The notes under the pieces are model-generated. The model saw only the letters and a program-made list of their open reading frames with translations, was not told the origin of the DNA and made no database searches. DNA of 64,000 nucleotides from an uncultured Acidobacteriota bacterium (lineage in GTDB: Bacteria; Acidobacteriota; UBA6911; RPQK01; JAPXNP01): contig CAVZRV010000015.1 of NCBI GenBank assembly GCA_963777605.1, positions 160,284-224,283 of the forward strand, in the 5' to 3' direction. Below, piece by piece: positions 54,193 through 64,000 of the stretch. Each line of letters opens with the position of its first letter. Position 1 is the first letter of the stretch. The position numbers were made by a program, and so were the translations under genes.

Positions 54193-57068
54193 AGACTCCC
54201 GGGAGTGATCCGCGGTCGGAGGACGCTGCAAAACCCCGTAGCGACGACCCAATGACTCCCGCGGAATACCAGAAAATCACCAAGATCTTTCCCCTCGCCG
54301 TTGATCTTCCATCCGAGAAGAGAAGGCGATTCCTTGTTGACGCTTTCGAGGGTGATTCGAAACTGATTCGGGAGGTGGAGTCGCTGATCGCCTCGGAAGA
54401 GGCTGCCGGCGACTTCATCGAAGTGACTGCGATGGAGTCCCTCGCAAAGGAGTTGGCTCGCACGCGGCTGGACCGCATCCTCGGAAAGCAGATCGGGCGC
54501 TTCCGTTGTGAAAAGCTTCTCGGAATGGGTGGCGTGGGGGAAGTGTATCTTGCGACCGACCTGTCACTTAAGCGGAGCGTCGCCATCAAGATCCTCTCTC
54601 AGCGCCATCCCTCGGACCCGGATTTTCTGGCCGGGTTCGAGCGCGAAGCCCTGGCGGTTTCGGCCCTGAATCACCCCAACATCGTCACGATCCATGAGAT
54701 CGGTAAAGTCGAAGAACTGCCCTACATCGTGACCGAACTAATCGAGGGGACAACGTTGCGCAGGCGGCTCGCAGACGGGCTGTCATTCGGTGAAATCGGG
54801 GACATCGCGTTGCAGATCTGCAGCGCGCTTTCGGCCACTCACTCTCGGGGAATCATCCACCGGGACCTGAAGCCCGAAAACATCATGGTCCGGCCCGACG
54901 GCCTCGTCAAGGTTCTCGACTTCGGGCTTGCAAGATTGGCTGAAGTCGGTCAGAGCGAGGGGGGAGAACCCCTGATCGCATCTGGGCAGGAATCTTCTGC
55001 TGCCGGCACGGTCTCCTACATGTCTCCCGAGCAGGTACGAGGTGAACCGCTCGATCACCGGACCGACATCTACAGCCTGGGTGTGATGATCTACGAGATG
55101 TGCACCGGTCACCGTCCATTCACGGGAAAGACCCATCGGGAGATCCTGCATTCAATTCTCGAAGCGGAGCCGCCACCGGTGACCCGGCTCCGAACTGACT
55201 TCCCAACGCAGATTGATTCCCTTGTCGAGAAGGCGGTGGCGAAAGCTCCCGAAGACCGCTACGCCACCATCGGAGAATTGAAGCAGGAACTGGCCGATCT
55301 CATTGCTTCCCGGAATAGAGTCGGAGACGCGGATAGAGAAGCAGTCCGGAGGGCACCTTACTTCCAGGCGGCGGCCGCTGTCCTGGGAATTGCTTCCGTC
55401 ATCCTCCTCCTTTGGTCCTGGTGGTCGGCGGAGGAACTGGGAGGAGTCACCAACCGGCTCTCGGAAGCAACATTCGAACAACTCACCAGCGACCCGGCGC
55501 TGGAACTCTTCCCCTCCCTGACGCCCGACGGCAAGACCCTGCTCTATGCCTCTGACAGTCCGGGCAACTGGGACATCTTCCGAAAGACCATCGGCGCAAG
55601 GACATCCCTCAATCTCACTGCTGAGTGCGATGACGATGACCGCCATCCGGTAGTCTCGCCAGATGGCTCGACGATCGCCTTTCGCTCGGAGAGGAATGGA
55701 GGGGGGATCTTCCTGATGGACATGGACGGTGGAAAAGCGAGGCAACTGACCACACAGGGGTTCAACCCTGAGTGGTCCCCCGACGGAAGCAGGATTGCCT
55801 ACACCATTGCCGAATCACTCGATCCCAGCGAACGGGGTTCATACCCGAGTGCCCTGTACGTAATAGATGTATCCACCAAAGAGGTCAAGCTCATCACCGA
55901 AAGTGACGCCGTCCAGGTTTCCTGGTCGCCCAGCGGGTCCCGCCTGGCTTACTGGGGAATTCACAAGGGGGGACAGCGGGACATCTGGACAATTCCATCC
56001 ACCGGAGGTAGGGCGGAGTTGCTGACCGACGATCCCGCCATTGACTGGAATCCTGTCTGGGCGCCCAGCGGCCGATACCTTTACTTCGCCAGCGACCGCG
56101 CTGGACGGATGAACCTGTGGCGCGTCCGGATCGACGAAGGCACCGGGAAGGCCCTGTCCGCGCCTGAAGCAATCACGCTTCCGGCTGAATCCTGCTGGTA
56201 CGTTCGATTCTCGAACGACAACCGGCATATGGTGTATGTCCAGTCGATTTCCCGGACCAACATTGCTACGGCCGATTTCGATGAGAAGAAGGGGGAAGTC
56301 CTCGGTAGTCTGAACTGGCTCACCCGGGGGGCAATTGAGACAACCAACCCTGACCTTTCTCCCGATGGGGAAACGCTGGCTTACGACTCGATTGGAGAAA
56401 ACCCGGAGCACCTTTTTGTTAAACGGGGCACCTCCGAGGCGGTTCGAATTACCGATGACCCGTTCAAGGATCGGGCCCCCCGGTGGAATCCGAAGGGCGA
56501 CCGAATTCTGTTCTACTCAGATCGAAGTGGACGCTACGATCTATGGACGATCAAACCCGATGGAACGAAACTGGAAGCGCTGCGTCCGACCACCGGTCCC
56601 GGCGCCCAGGTGAGCATCTGGTCCCCGGACGGCACCTCCATCGTCTCCAACCGTCAGTCCGGCCCGCCCTTGCTCTTCGACCTGGCATCCGGGCAGAAAC
56701 CATGGCGAAGCAGTCAACTGCCTCCCCTGCTGGCGGCGGGAGACCTGATCTGGAGTTGGTCCGCCGATGGGAAAGCCCTCGCTGGTTTCGGTTCGGGTAT
56801 CTTCGTCTATCGTTTCGATACCAATCGCTACCAACGGCTGACCCCTTTCGGTGCGCGCCCGGTGTGGCTCTCCGACAACCGGCGACTCCTGTTCTGTTCG
56901 AAAGATTCCCTCTATCTCCTCGACACCGAAACAAGCGCATTGCGCAACATCTTCTCAGTGGCACCCTACCGGTTCCAGTCTCTCGGGTTCTCCCAGAACC
57001 GGCATCAGGTCTACTTCAGCCTCAGCTCAGTCGAGGCGGACATCTGGATGGCGTCGGTTCCAAGGTGA
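54189..57068 (+). CDS. Hanks-type Ser/Thr kinase with TM helix and TolB-like (PD40) beta-propellers
   Basis: LGMGGVGEV, VAIK, HRDLKPEN, DFG, GTVSYMSPE, DIYSLG, TM at about aa 390-410, repeated (W)SPDG. Confidence 0.95.
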   Translation: MKTPGSDPRSEDAAKPRSDDPMTPAEYQKITKIFPLAVDLPSEKRRRFLVDAFEGDSKLIREVESLIASEEAAGDFIEVTAMESLAKELARTRLDRILGKQIGRFRCEKLLGMGGVGEVYLATDLSLKRSVAIKILSQRHPSDPDFLAGFEREALAVSALNHPNIVTIHEIGKVEELPYIVTELIEGTTLRRRLADGLSFGEIGDIALQICSALSATHSRGIIHRDLKPENIMVRPDGLVKVLDFGLARLAEVGQSEGGEPLIASGQESSAAGTVSYMSPEQVRGEPLDHRTDIYSLGVMIYEMCTGHRPFTGKTHREILHSILEAEPPPVTRLRTDFPTQIDSLVEKAVAKAPEDRYATIGELKQELADLIASRNRVGDADREAVRRAPYFQAAAAVLGIASVILLLWSWWSAEELGGVTNRLSEATFEQLTSDPALELFPSLTPDGKTLLYASDSPGNWDIFRKTIGARTSLNLTAECDDDDRHPVVSPDGSTIAFRSERNGGGIFLMDMDGGKARQLTTQGFNPEWSPDGSRIAYTIAESLDPSERGSYPSALYVIDVSTKEVKLITESDAVQVSWSPSGSRLAYWGIHKGGQRDIWTIPSTGGRAELLTDDPAIDWNPVWAPSGRYLYFASDRAGRMNLWRVRIDEGTGKALSAPEAITLPAESCWYVRFSNDNRHMVYVQSISRTNIATADFDEKKGEVLGSLNWLTRGAIETTNPDLSPDGETLAYDSIGENPEHLFVKRGTSEAVRITDDPFKDRAPRWNPKGDRILFYSDRSGRYDLWTIKPDGTKLEALRPTTGPGAQVSIWSPDGTSIVSNRQSGPPLLFDLASGQKPWRSSQLPPLLAAGDLIWSWSADGKALAGFGSGIFVYRFDTNRYQRLTPFGARPVWLSDNRRLLFCSKDSLYLLDTETSALRNIFSVAPYRFQSLGFSQNRHQVYFSLSSVEADIWMASVPR

Positions 57069-57194
57069 CTTCAGCTAGTGTCCTGTCACGAGTAATTGTC
57101 AGAAGATCCGAATTTCCAGTTGACAGTGTCCGGAGCGACTCAGGACAATCGAGCTTGAGAATAGTCTCGCAGTAGCGAGTCGAAAGCTGGCAAG

Positions 57195-57623
57195 TTGGCG
57201 ACCCAGATTCATGGAATCCTGAGCGTTTTTCTGATCCTGACCGGATGTGGAATCGGCATGCTCGCCATTTCGCGAGAGTCGTTTCTCCTTGCCGCGGTTT
57301 ACTGCCTGGTCTTGGTTCTGGCTCTGGTGGCAGTTCTGCTGGCATTCTGTTCGAAATGCACCTGCAAGAATCGGTGCGGGCACGTAATCCCCGGCAAAAT
57401 CGCCCGCTTCATCCACCGCCAGGCCGGCCCCTATTCCGCCTTCGAACTGGCTATTGTTGCGGTAGCTTTTCTACTCATCGTCGGACTCCCCCAGTTCTTC
57501 CTGTGGGGACGGAGTTTCCTGCTCATCGGTTTCTGGGTGCTTGTGGCAATCGCCCTGCTGGAAATTCGACTCGCCATCTGCACCCGCTGCGAAAACCGCA
57601 ACTGCCCGGTCCGCATCAGGTAG
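57195..57623 (+). CDS. Four-TM hypothetical protein with Cys clusters
   Basis: Four hydrophobic helices; CSKCTCKNRCGH and CTRCENRNCP. Confidence 0.7.
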   Translation: MATQIHGILSVFLILTGCGIGMLAISRESFLLAAVYCLVLVLALVAVLLAFCSKCTCKNRCGHVIPGKIARFIHRQAGPYSAFELAIVAVAFLLIVGLPQFFLWGRSFLLIGFWVLVAIALLEIRLAICTRCENRNCPVRIR

Positions 57624-57764
57624 CAGCCAGAGCCGGACGTCAGGAAACAAGCGAACGGACGGGATTCTCCTGGAAATCCACGGGAAAGACGGCAGAGGTT
57701 GCCTGCGGGACCGATCGACAGAATCGGGTTTGCGGGAAATCTTGATTTGATTGCAGGAGCCACA

Positions 57765-58487
57765 ATGTTCCACTTTGAATCTCTCATGGCGCTTCAAACC
57801 TACCGCTGCCGCAACCCGTTCCAGTCCGGTCGAAGCCGGAGGTTCGCCATCCTGTCATTCATCTTTGCCTTCTTTGCGGGGAGTCTCCCGGGAGCCGTCC
57901 TTCCTCCCGGATCGGGCGAAGGAACAACAATCCTGAACGCTCCTGAAACCCCGCAGGCGACGGCCTCCGTTAACCCACGAGTACTGCTCGAAACCGAACT
58001 GGGTGAAATCGAACTGGAATTGGATGCGTCCCGGGCACCGATCACCACCCGTAACTTCCTCCGCTACGTCGACGAGGGCTTTTACAACGAGGGGCTCTTC
58101 CATCGCACCGTGACAATGCAGAATCAGCCTGACAATCGGATCAAGATCGAGGTAATCCAGGCGGCGGCCAACCCGGGGCGGGAACCGGAAGCGTTCCCCC
58201 CGATCGTGCTGGAACGAACCAACAGGACCGGACTTCGCCATCGAGACGGAACCGTCTCCATGGCCCGAATGGGCCCCGACTCGGCTCAACACGAATTTTT
58301 CATTTGCATTGGAGACCAGCCCGAATTGGATTTTGGCGGCCGGCGAAACCCGGATGGCCAAGGGTTTGCCGCCTTCGGACAGGTCATCCGCGGGATGGAA
58401 GTCGTTCACCGGATCCAGGAGTCACCAGCCGAAGGCCAAACCCTCGACCCGCCGATTCAAATCCTTAAAGCATTCCGGGTTCGGTGA
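57765..58487 (+). CDS. Cyclophilin-type peptidyl-prolyl isomerase, exported
   Basis: [49 protein letters not shown]; RBS AGGAG. Confidence 0.9.
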   Translation: MFHFESLMALQTYRCRNPFQSGRSRRFAILSFIFAFFAGSLPGAVLPPGSGEGTTILNAPETPQATASVNPRVLLETELGEIELELDASRAPITTRNFLRYVDEGFYNEGLFHRTVTMQNQPDNRIKIEVIQAAANPGREPEAFPPIVLERTNRTGLRHRDGTVSMARMGPDSAQHEFFICIGDQPELDFGGRRNPDGQGFAAFGQVIRGMEVVHRIQESPAEGQTLDPPIQILKAFRVR

Positions 58488-58747
58488 CATTCCCCTGCGA
58501 GCGTACGCTGTACAAACAGCCCGGGGTGAAGCGGAGTGCCACCCTGGAAAAGACCGGACGAGCTCCGGGCACCCCGCCGGGGTGCGATCTCCCTTGCCGC
58601 GCCGAGCCGGCGAGCATCCCCAACTTCACAATCCGAATGATCCGCCCCCTTTCCCCTGTCTCCCCTGCAGTCAATCCGCGATTCTGCCGAAATTTAAGGA
58701 GAAGGTGCCCTATCCTGCGTAGGCACCGAAGGATTTGGGAAACGTTT

Positions 58748-59586
58748 ATGGCTGAAAAGAAGCAGAACGACAAGAAGAACGGAAAGAACCACTCTGGAAA
58801 CCACGGGGGACACCCGAAGAAGAGTTGGTGCTATTCACAGGAACTGGCCCGGTTCCAGGTGGAACTGGTCAAACTCCAGGAGTGGATCCGGGCCAGTGGG
58901 CTCAAGGTCGTCGTTATTTTTGAGGGAAGGGACGCCGCCGGCAAAGGGGGCGTGATCAATCGGATCACGGAATGCCTCAGCCCAAGAATCTGCCGGGTCG
59001 TAGCGCTTGCCACCCCGACCGAACGCGAGAAGACCCAGTGGTATTTCCAGCGCTACGCTGCACATCTCCCTGCGGCCGGCGAAATGGTCCTGTTCGACCG
59101 CAGTTGGTACAACCGGGCCGGCGTGGAACGGGTGATGGGGTTCTGCACGAACGAAGAGTACCGGGAATTTCTCCGGTCCTGTCCGGAATTCGAGCGGATG
59201 CTGATTCGTTCGGCATCACGATGATCAAGTACTGGTTTTCGGTATCCGACGATGAACAGGAGAAGCGGTTTCAGGCCCGGATCGACGAACCGACGAAGCG
59301 GTGGAAACTCAGCCCGATGGACCTGGAGTCCCGCTGCCGCTGGGTCGAGTACTCGATGGCGAAGGACGAGATGTTCCGCTACACCGACACCAAGCAATCA
59401 CCCTGGTGGGTCGTCAACGCCGACGACAAGAAAAGGGCGCGTCTCAACTGCATCTCGCATCTGCTCAGCGATGATCCCTTACGAAGACCTGACTCCTCGT
59501 CAGATCGAACTTCCACCTCGCCAAAATGATCAAGGGTACATGAGACCGCCGATCATGAACAGGTATTCGTCCCCGAGATCTACTGA
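58748..59586 (+). CDS. ppk2: Polyphosphate kinase 2, frameshifted (about 59210, 59470, 59555)
   Basis: [78 protein letters not shown]. Confidence 0.93.
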
Positions 59587-60139
59587 AGCCGGCCAAGAAA
59601 CCCCGGATTGACCACAAAATCCCGACTCAGCACCGAATCCGCGTCAGCCGTCCAAAGTTCGACCCGGAGCAGTTCGAATCGCACCCGAAGACCCTGATAC
59701 CAGCCGATCGGCTGGAGCAGGGAGCAATCGCCGAGCCGGCGCGTTTCTCCCGCCGGGACGTCGATCCGAATCCCGGCCGCTGGGTTCGGTGATCCGGAGA
59801 TTGCCGGATTCATCCAGCGACGACCCCACTGCTTCGGCCGGCCATAGACCTCGTTCGGGCGGCAAAACCGAGTCATTCGATGCCCACACAAAGGCGTATA
59901 GGGTCCGGTCCTGCGAACCCCGGTTCTCCATCCGTCAGGTCGAATACCAATTCACGGCCGTCGATGTTATTGCAGGAACAGTAAAGTTCCGAAGTCCTTT
60001 CCCGGAGGTTTTCAACGGAGACCGCCAGCGTTCCTCCCGATCGGACCCCAACGCGCCGCCGAGAGCGGGCCGCCGAGCAAAAACAGAGGCACAGCGCAGG
60101 TCCCCCGCAAAAGAAACGACATCCCACGCGCAACGTCAA
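59580..60139 (-). CDS. Hypothetical protein, probably frameshifted
   Basis: Overlapping minus-strand ORF pieces fill the gap after the TIM-barrel gene; no known motif. Confidence 0.3.
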
Positions 60140-61153
60140 ATCAATTCAACTGGTGGTCGTTGCAGATTCGGCCTCGATCGCAGCATCTTCATGTACTCAA
60201 GCGCTTCCGCCGTAACCCGGTCCACGTAGTCGATTCCGGCACGGGCTCCAAACTGCAACGCCGGGTGGCAGAATTCCCAGTTCATAAATCCCTGGTAGCC
60301 CGGACGCGACCAGGGCCCTCACATAGTCTTCGTATCCGACTTCGTGCGTACTCACCAGCCGTCCTCCGGCCTCCCGGCGGAATTCGCCGTTGAAATGGGA
60401 GTGCACCAGCAGATCACCGGTCTTCTTGACGGTGGCGGGTGTACCGTGGTCCATGCATGCCTTGAGCGCCGGTGAGTCTACTTCCTCGATGAACTTCAAA
60501 ACATCATCTTCGTTCTTCGTGACCGGTTCGTGATTCTGGAGCGAGATGACGACTCCCTGGTCCTCGGCAAACGCGGCCAATTCCCGCAGTGAATCGCGCA
60601 CAATGTCCCACCGTTCGTTCTCCCACTGGGGAAACGGATAGGGGAGTTCCCGGGTGTAGTGGTAGTCGGCAAGTCCGTCACGAACCACGACTCCCGGCCA
60701 GGCAGCAAATACTTTACAGATCGGAGATCCCACGTCCCGGGCAAGCTTGATGCATTCCCGCACATAGCAGAGCATGGCTTCCCGCTGCTCGGGGACATGG
60801 CTGGAAAGGTCGCAATTGGGAGAAACCGCGCTAATCGGGAGTTCCAGTTCACCGGACAGGTCCCGGAGAACTTTACGGTCATCCGAATCAAGATCCATGG
60901 GGGACGCATGCGGTCTCTTGGTGTCGAATTCGATTCCCTCCCACCCGCGTTTCTTGATCATCGGCATCAACTGCTTGAGGGGAACCGCATCTCCCTGGTA
61001 CCAGACCCCCAGGTACGTGATCGTGTAGAGACCGATCTTCATTCCAGGACGGGCAGGCGAGGATGCGGCCTGCAGCCGATCCTGCGCCGCAGCCACCGAG
61101 ACAGCGGCAACGGTACCCGCGAGAAAATCACGACGCGTAACGTTGCTTTCCAA
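60136..61153 (-). CDS. Tat-exported sugar-phosphate isomerase/epimerase (xylose-isomerase-like TIM barrel), C-terminal frameshift
   Basis: TRRDFL, GWEGIE, SLQNH, KACMD, HSH; shifted frame gives GYQGFMNWEFCHP; TTG start with RBS GGGAGG. Confidence 0.85.
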
Positions 61154-61270
61154 TTTGGCACCTCCCTCTTTCGGGGACGCGGGCGCCATCCGCAGAGGCA
61201 AAATCCCGCGTCCCTGCCAGGCTCAGGTTAGCGCGCTCGCACCCCGGGAAGCAACACCGCCTAATCATCA

Positions 61271-61285
61271 TAGGAAGATTCCCTA
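61271..61285. promoter_or_regulatory. Candidate NarL/LuxR-type operator, copy 1
   Basis: TAGGAAGATTCCCTA imperfect palindrome; near-copy at 62624. Confidence 0.5.
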
Positions 61286-61391
61286 GCATCCTTTCAGGAC
61301 CTTCCGGATTGCCTCCATCCTCCGACATGAACGACGATACGGCTGGGTTTAGAGGTTCGGATCAACTAACTCCAAACAATAGAGGAGAGGC

Positions 61392-61742
61392 ATGTTACCC
61401 GAGCAGAAAGAGATCGTTTTGTCCCCTTTCTGGATTCGTCGGAAACCAAGAGAGAATCACACATCCCGGAAACTCGCCTTGGCGATTTTGCTGCAGGCCC
61501 TGAGAGACGTGGTCAACCCGAAACCCTACACTTGGGACCGGGGCACCAACTGGACGGAGGATGCCCGAGACTGGATCCAGTCGGACTCCACAACGCCCGG
61601 AAGCTTTCGATGGACCTGCCAGGTTCTCGAGATGGACTTCGAGCAACTCCGGGGCTGGGTCAGGCGGTACCTTGACGGCAGCGGAACCGAAAAGATCCAA
61701 TTCTCAAAGCGCCTCAACCGGCTGCAGATTCCCCACGGGTAG
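61392..61742 (+). CDS. Small conserved-type hypothetical protein
   Basis: RBS AGGAGAGG; RKLALAILLQALRD..EDARDWI.SD..GSFRWTCQVL. Confidence 0.7.
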   Translation: MLPEQKEIVLSPFWIRRKPRENHTSRKLALAILLQALRDVVNPKPYTWDRGTNWTEDARDWIQSDSTTPGSFRWTCQVLEMDFEQLRGWVRRYLDGSGTEKIQFSKRLNRLQIPHG

Positions 61743-61802
61743 AGGGGAGCAGGAACACATTTCGAACGTTGGAATATTGAGCGGGCGAAACCTGGCACAA
61801 CG

Positions 61803-62474
61803 TCACTCTCGTTCCATCAGCCAGGTGACTGCATGACGGACTAATTCGGTCTTGTTCGGAAGGTCGAGTTTGCGCTTGATGTTCTCGTAGTACGTGGAGA
61901 CGGTTTTGGGGCTGAGATTCAGATTTGGGCGATGTCGCGAGTTTCGAGTCCCCGGCCGACCAACTCGAATACCTGAAGTTCGCGATCGGTGAGGCCGGCC
62001 ACCGGGGAACCAGGCGATCCGGAAAAACCCATCCCGGCCAATTTTCGGAACAGGTGATCGGAGACATCTGGGACTGACCCGAGTGTGACCGGCGGCTACG
62101 CGTCGGACGGCTTCTACAATTTCAGTGAGAGGTTCACTCTTGCTCACGTAGCCGACAGCGCCAACCTGGAATGCCCGTTCGGCATAGATCATTTCGTCAA
62201 GAAGGGAGACAACCAGGCACTTAGCACGGGAGTCCTCGGCCTTCAGTCGTTCGATCAGATCGAGCCCGCTCTCACCCTGGAGAGAGATGTCAACGAGCAC
62301 GACGTCGGGATGCTTTTCCTTGAACTGGTCGAGTGCCTGCTGCCTGTTCTTTGCTTCACCACAAACCTCGAAATCGGATTCGGACTTCAGCAGGCTGCAG
62401 AGGCCAAAACGCACCGAAGGATGATCATCAACCACCAGGACCCGAATCAAACGTCGTCCCCGTTCGGCAGCCAT
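61803..62474 (-). CDS. NarL/LuxR-family DNA-binding response regulator, frameshifted about 61920-62070
   Basis: VLVVDDHP, VDISL, GAVGYVSK; HTH pieces LTDRELQVF and LNLSPKTVSTYYENIKRKL. Confidence 0.9.
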   Translation of the reverse strand: MAAERGRRLIRVLVVDDHPSVRFGLCSLLKSESDFEVCGEAKNRQQALDQFKEKHPDVVLVDISLQGESGLDLIERLKAEDSRAKCLVVSLLDEMIYAERAFQVGAVGYVSKSEPLTEIVEAVRRVAAGHTRVSPRCLRSPVPKIGRDGFFRIAWFPGGRPHRSRTSGIRVGRPGTRNSRHRPNLNLSPKTVSTYYENIKRKLDLPNKTELVRHAVTWLMERE

Positions 62475-62600
62475 GGTTCCCCCACTTTCATCACTGAAAA
62501 GGACCCTTCCTCGCTCCCCGGCAAGCTCCCTACTTCTAGCACTTAAAGGAATGTAAGACAAGGAGATTATACGGTGCGGTCCGATCACGGAGATTCTACG

Positions 62601-62638
62601 GAATGGATTCCCTCATCCGATAATAGGGGAATTCCCTA
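62601..62638. promoter_or_regulatory. Candidate NarL/LuxR-type operator, copy 2, plus a weaker upstream site
   Basis: TAGGGGAATTCCCTA at 62624-62638; GAATGGATTCCCTCA 23 bp upstream; lies in the divergent promoter region. Confidence 0.5.
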
Positions 62639-62749
62639 CTCCGGATTCGGTTTCTCTTCGATTGTCACCGCCAGCCCCCAATCGTCAGAATCAGGCTCAA
62701 GATCAGGGGCGTAGGCAGGGGCAGCCGGCTCCGTAGAGGAGGTTTCTAA

Positions 62750-63694
62750 ATGGCGGAATGGGCGATTGTGCTGGCCGGCGGCGAAGGTCGAAGGATGCGT
62801 GAGTCAATCAGAGAGCGGTTTGGTCATCCCTATCCCAAGCAGTACTGTCGATTTCAGGGGACGCGGACCATGCTCGAACACACGCTGGATCGGGCAAAGC
62901 AGCTCGTCGGGGAAGATCACGTAGTAACCGTGATCAGGAAACGACACCGGGTTTTCCTGAGTGCCAGTGGATTGCCGGGGCGTGTTGTCGAGCAGCCTGC
63001 CTCCAAAGACACTGCCCCGGGCCTTCTCTTCCCTGCCAGCCACGTCCTCGCCGAAGATCCTGACGCCCTCGTCCACGTCTTTCCGTCCGACCATTTCATC
63101 TTCCCGGAAGATCGTTTTGTTCAGCTGATGCGGCACTCCGCCGAACTCGTGAGGGCTCAGCCCGACCGGATCGTCCTGATGGGGGCGGAGCCCAAGGGCC
63201 CGGAAACGGACTATGGCTGGATTCAGCCGGGGAAGACTCTCGCGAAGAACTTCGGGATGATCTCAGTGACCCCAAGAGAGGTAGCGGCATTCTGCGAGAA
63301 GCCACCCCAGGAACTGGCCAATCTCCTCTATGCCCACGGGTGCCTCTGGAACACCATGATCTTCTCGTGCCGGATTCAAACGCTGTGGCAACTGGCACAG
63401 CGTTACCTTCCCGAAGTTCACGGCCCGTTTGACCAGTTTGTTAAGATCTTGCCGGAGTTGGAACAGGAGACGCCGGAATATCGTGAGCAGGCGGTCTCTA
63501 ATCTTTACGCGAGTCTGCCCCGTGCCAATTTTTCGCACAGGTTGTTGACCCGGGCCGCCCGTCACTGCCTGGTTCTCCCCATTATGGATGTCATTTGGAG
63601 CGACTGGGGCCGGCCTGAGCGAGTCGACCAGATTCTCCGTCATATCAACAGAGATATCCAAAGCGAGTGCGCAGTGACGCTGAGCGTTGTCTAA
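62750..63694 (+). CDS. Mannose-1-phosphate guanylyltransferase-like sugar-phosphate nucleotidyltransferase
   Basis: VLAGGEG, PKQY, EQP..DTAP, PSDH, YGWI, EKP, WNT, WSDWG. Confidence 0.88.
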   Translation: MAEWAIVLAGGEGRRMRESIRERFGHPYPKQYCRFQGTRTMLEHTLDRAKQLVGEDHVVTVIRKRHRVFLSASGLPGRVVEQPASKDTAPGLLFPASHVLAEDPDALVHVFPSDHFIFPEDRFVQLMRHSAELVRAQPDRIVLMGAEPKGPETDYGWIQPGKTLAKNFGMISVTPREVAAFCEKPPQELANLLYAHGCLWNTMIFSCRIQTLWQLAQRYLPEVHGPFDQFVKILPELEQETPEYREQAVSNLYASLPRANFSHRLLTRAARHCLVLPIMDVIWSDWGRPERVDQILRHINRDIQSECAVTLSVV

Positions 63695-64000
63695 ATGATG
63701 AACCATAGTCCTGAACACCAGGTCCTCCTCCTCGCGGCAACAGAAGAAGACGTAGCTCTGTTGCACCGGGTGGTTGATCAAGCTGGAGTGAAATCCCGGC
63801 AGTGTGCCTCGATTGCCGAGGTGTGCGCCGGCATCGCTGAGGGTGCGGCCCTGGCAATGATTGCGGATCGGGGGATACCGTCGCGAGCGCACAGCCTACT
63901 CCTCTCGGCACTCGCTCATCAGCCTGTCTGGTCCGATTTTCCGCTGGTCGTCCTGGCCATGGCGGGGCTGGCAGCATCCGGGGGTTGGAAACTCCTCGAA
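63695..64000 (+). CDS. N-terminus of a probable sensor histidine kinase (partial, frameshifted)
   Basis: ATG right after the upstream TAA; HQVLLLAATEEDVALL..AGV..GAALA, then in another frame LAHQPVWSDFPLVVL, a receiver-like N-terminal module seen in such kinases. Confidence 0.5.
   Translation, partial: MMNHSPEHQVLLLAATEEDVALLHRVVDQAGVKSRQCASIAEVCAGIAEGAALAMIADRGIPSRAHSLLLSALAHQPVWSDFPLVVLAMAGLAASGGWKLLE

Noticed and set aside
58484-58747. N-terminal extension of ppk2 in the ORF track
   Set aside because: Low-complexity Pro/Arg-rich sequence; the ATG at 58748 gives a normal PPK2 length.
61793-61808. TGGCAC as a possible sigma54 promoter
   Set aside because: No TTGC at -12, and it lies between convergent gene ends.

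Overview
GC-rich bacterial DNA whose gene content (Tat-exported hydrolases, PF-F-VG-LPAG-Y secreted proteins, ECF sigma/Ser-Thr kinase pair, MacB-type permeases) suggests an Acidobacteriota-like organism; this is inference. It holds about 50 genes and two tRNAs, His(GTG) and the uncommon Arg(TCG). In order: a glucose dehydrogenase/GH15 pair; many exported catabolic enzymes (PQQ dehydrogenase, flavin amine oxidase, S41 and M14 peptidases, ceramidase-like protein, GH2, alkaline phosphatase, UxuA-like dehydratase, GH5, PL11-like lipoprotein); arcA; a di-heme peroxidase; a propeller-GGDEF sensor; two GT-C membrane proteins; kbl; a MacAB-like set plus Wzz; a PDRP; an IS6 remnant; a giant PAS/GAF hybrid kinase; an NTT-HEAT protein; an ECF-STK pair; a cyclophilin; ppk2; and a NarL-type regulator with candidate binding boxes. 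About 18 genes are split by small indels, most likely long-read consensus errors. I see no CRISPR array, prophage or defence system. The least-explained signals are non-coding: heptamer tandem arrays, a modular dispersed repeat family tied to long palindromes, and a repeated TAGG-N7-CCTA box.
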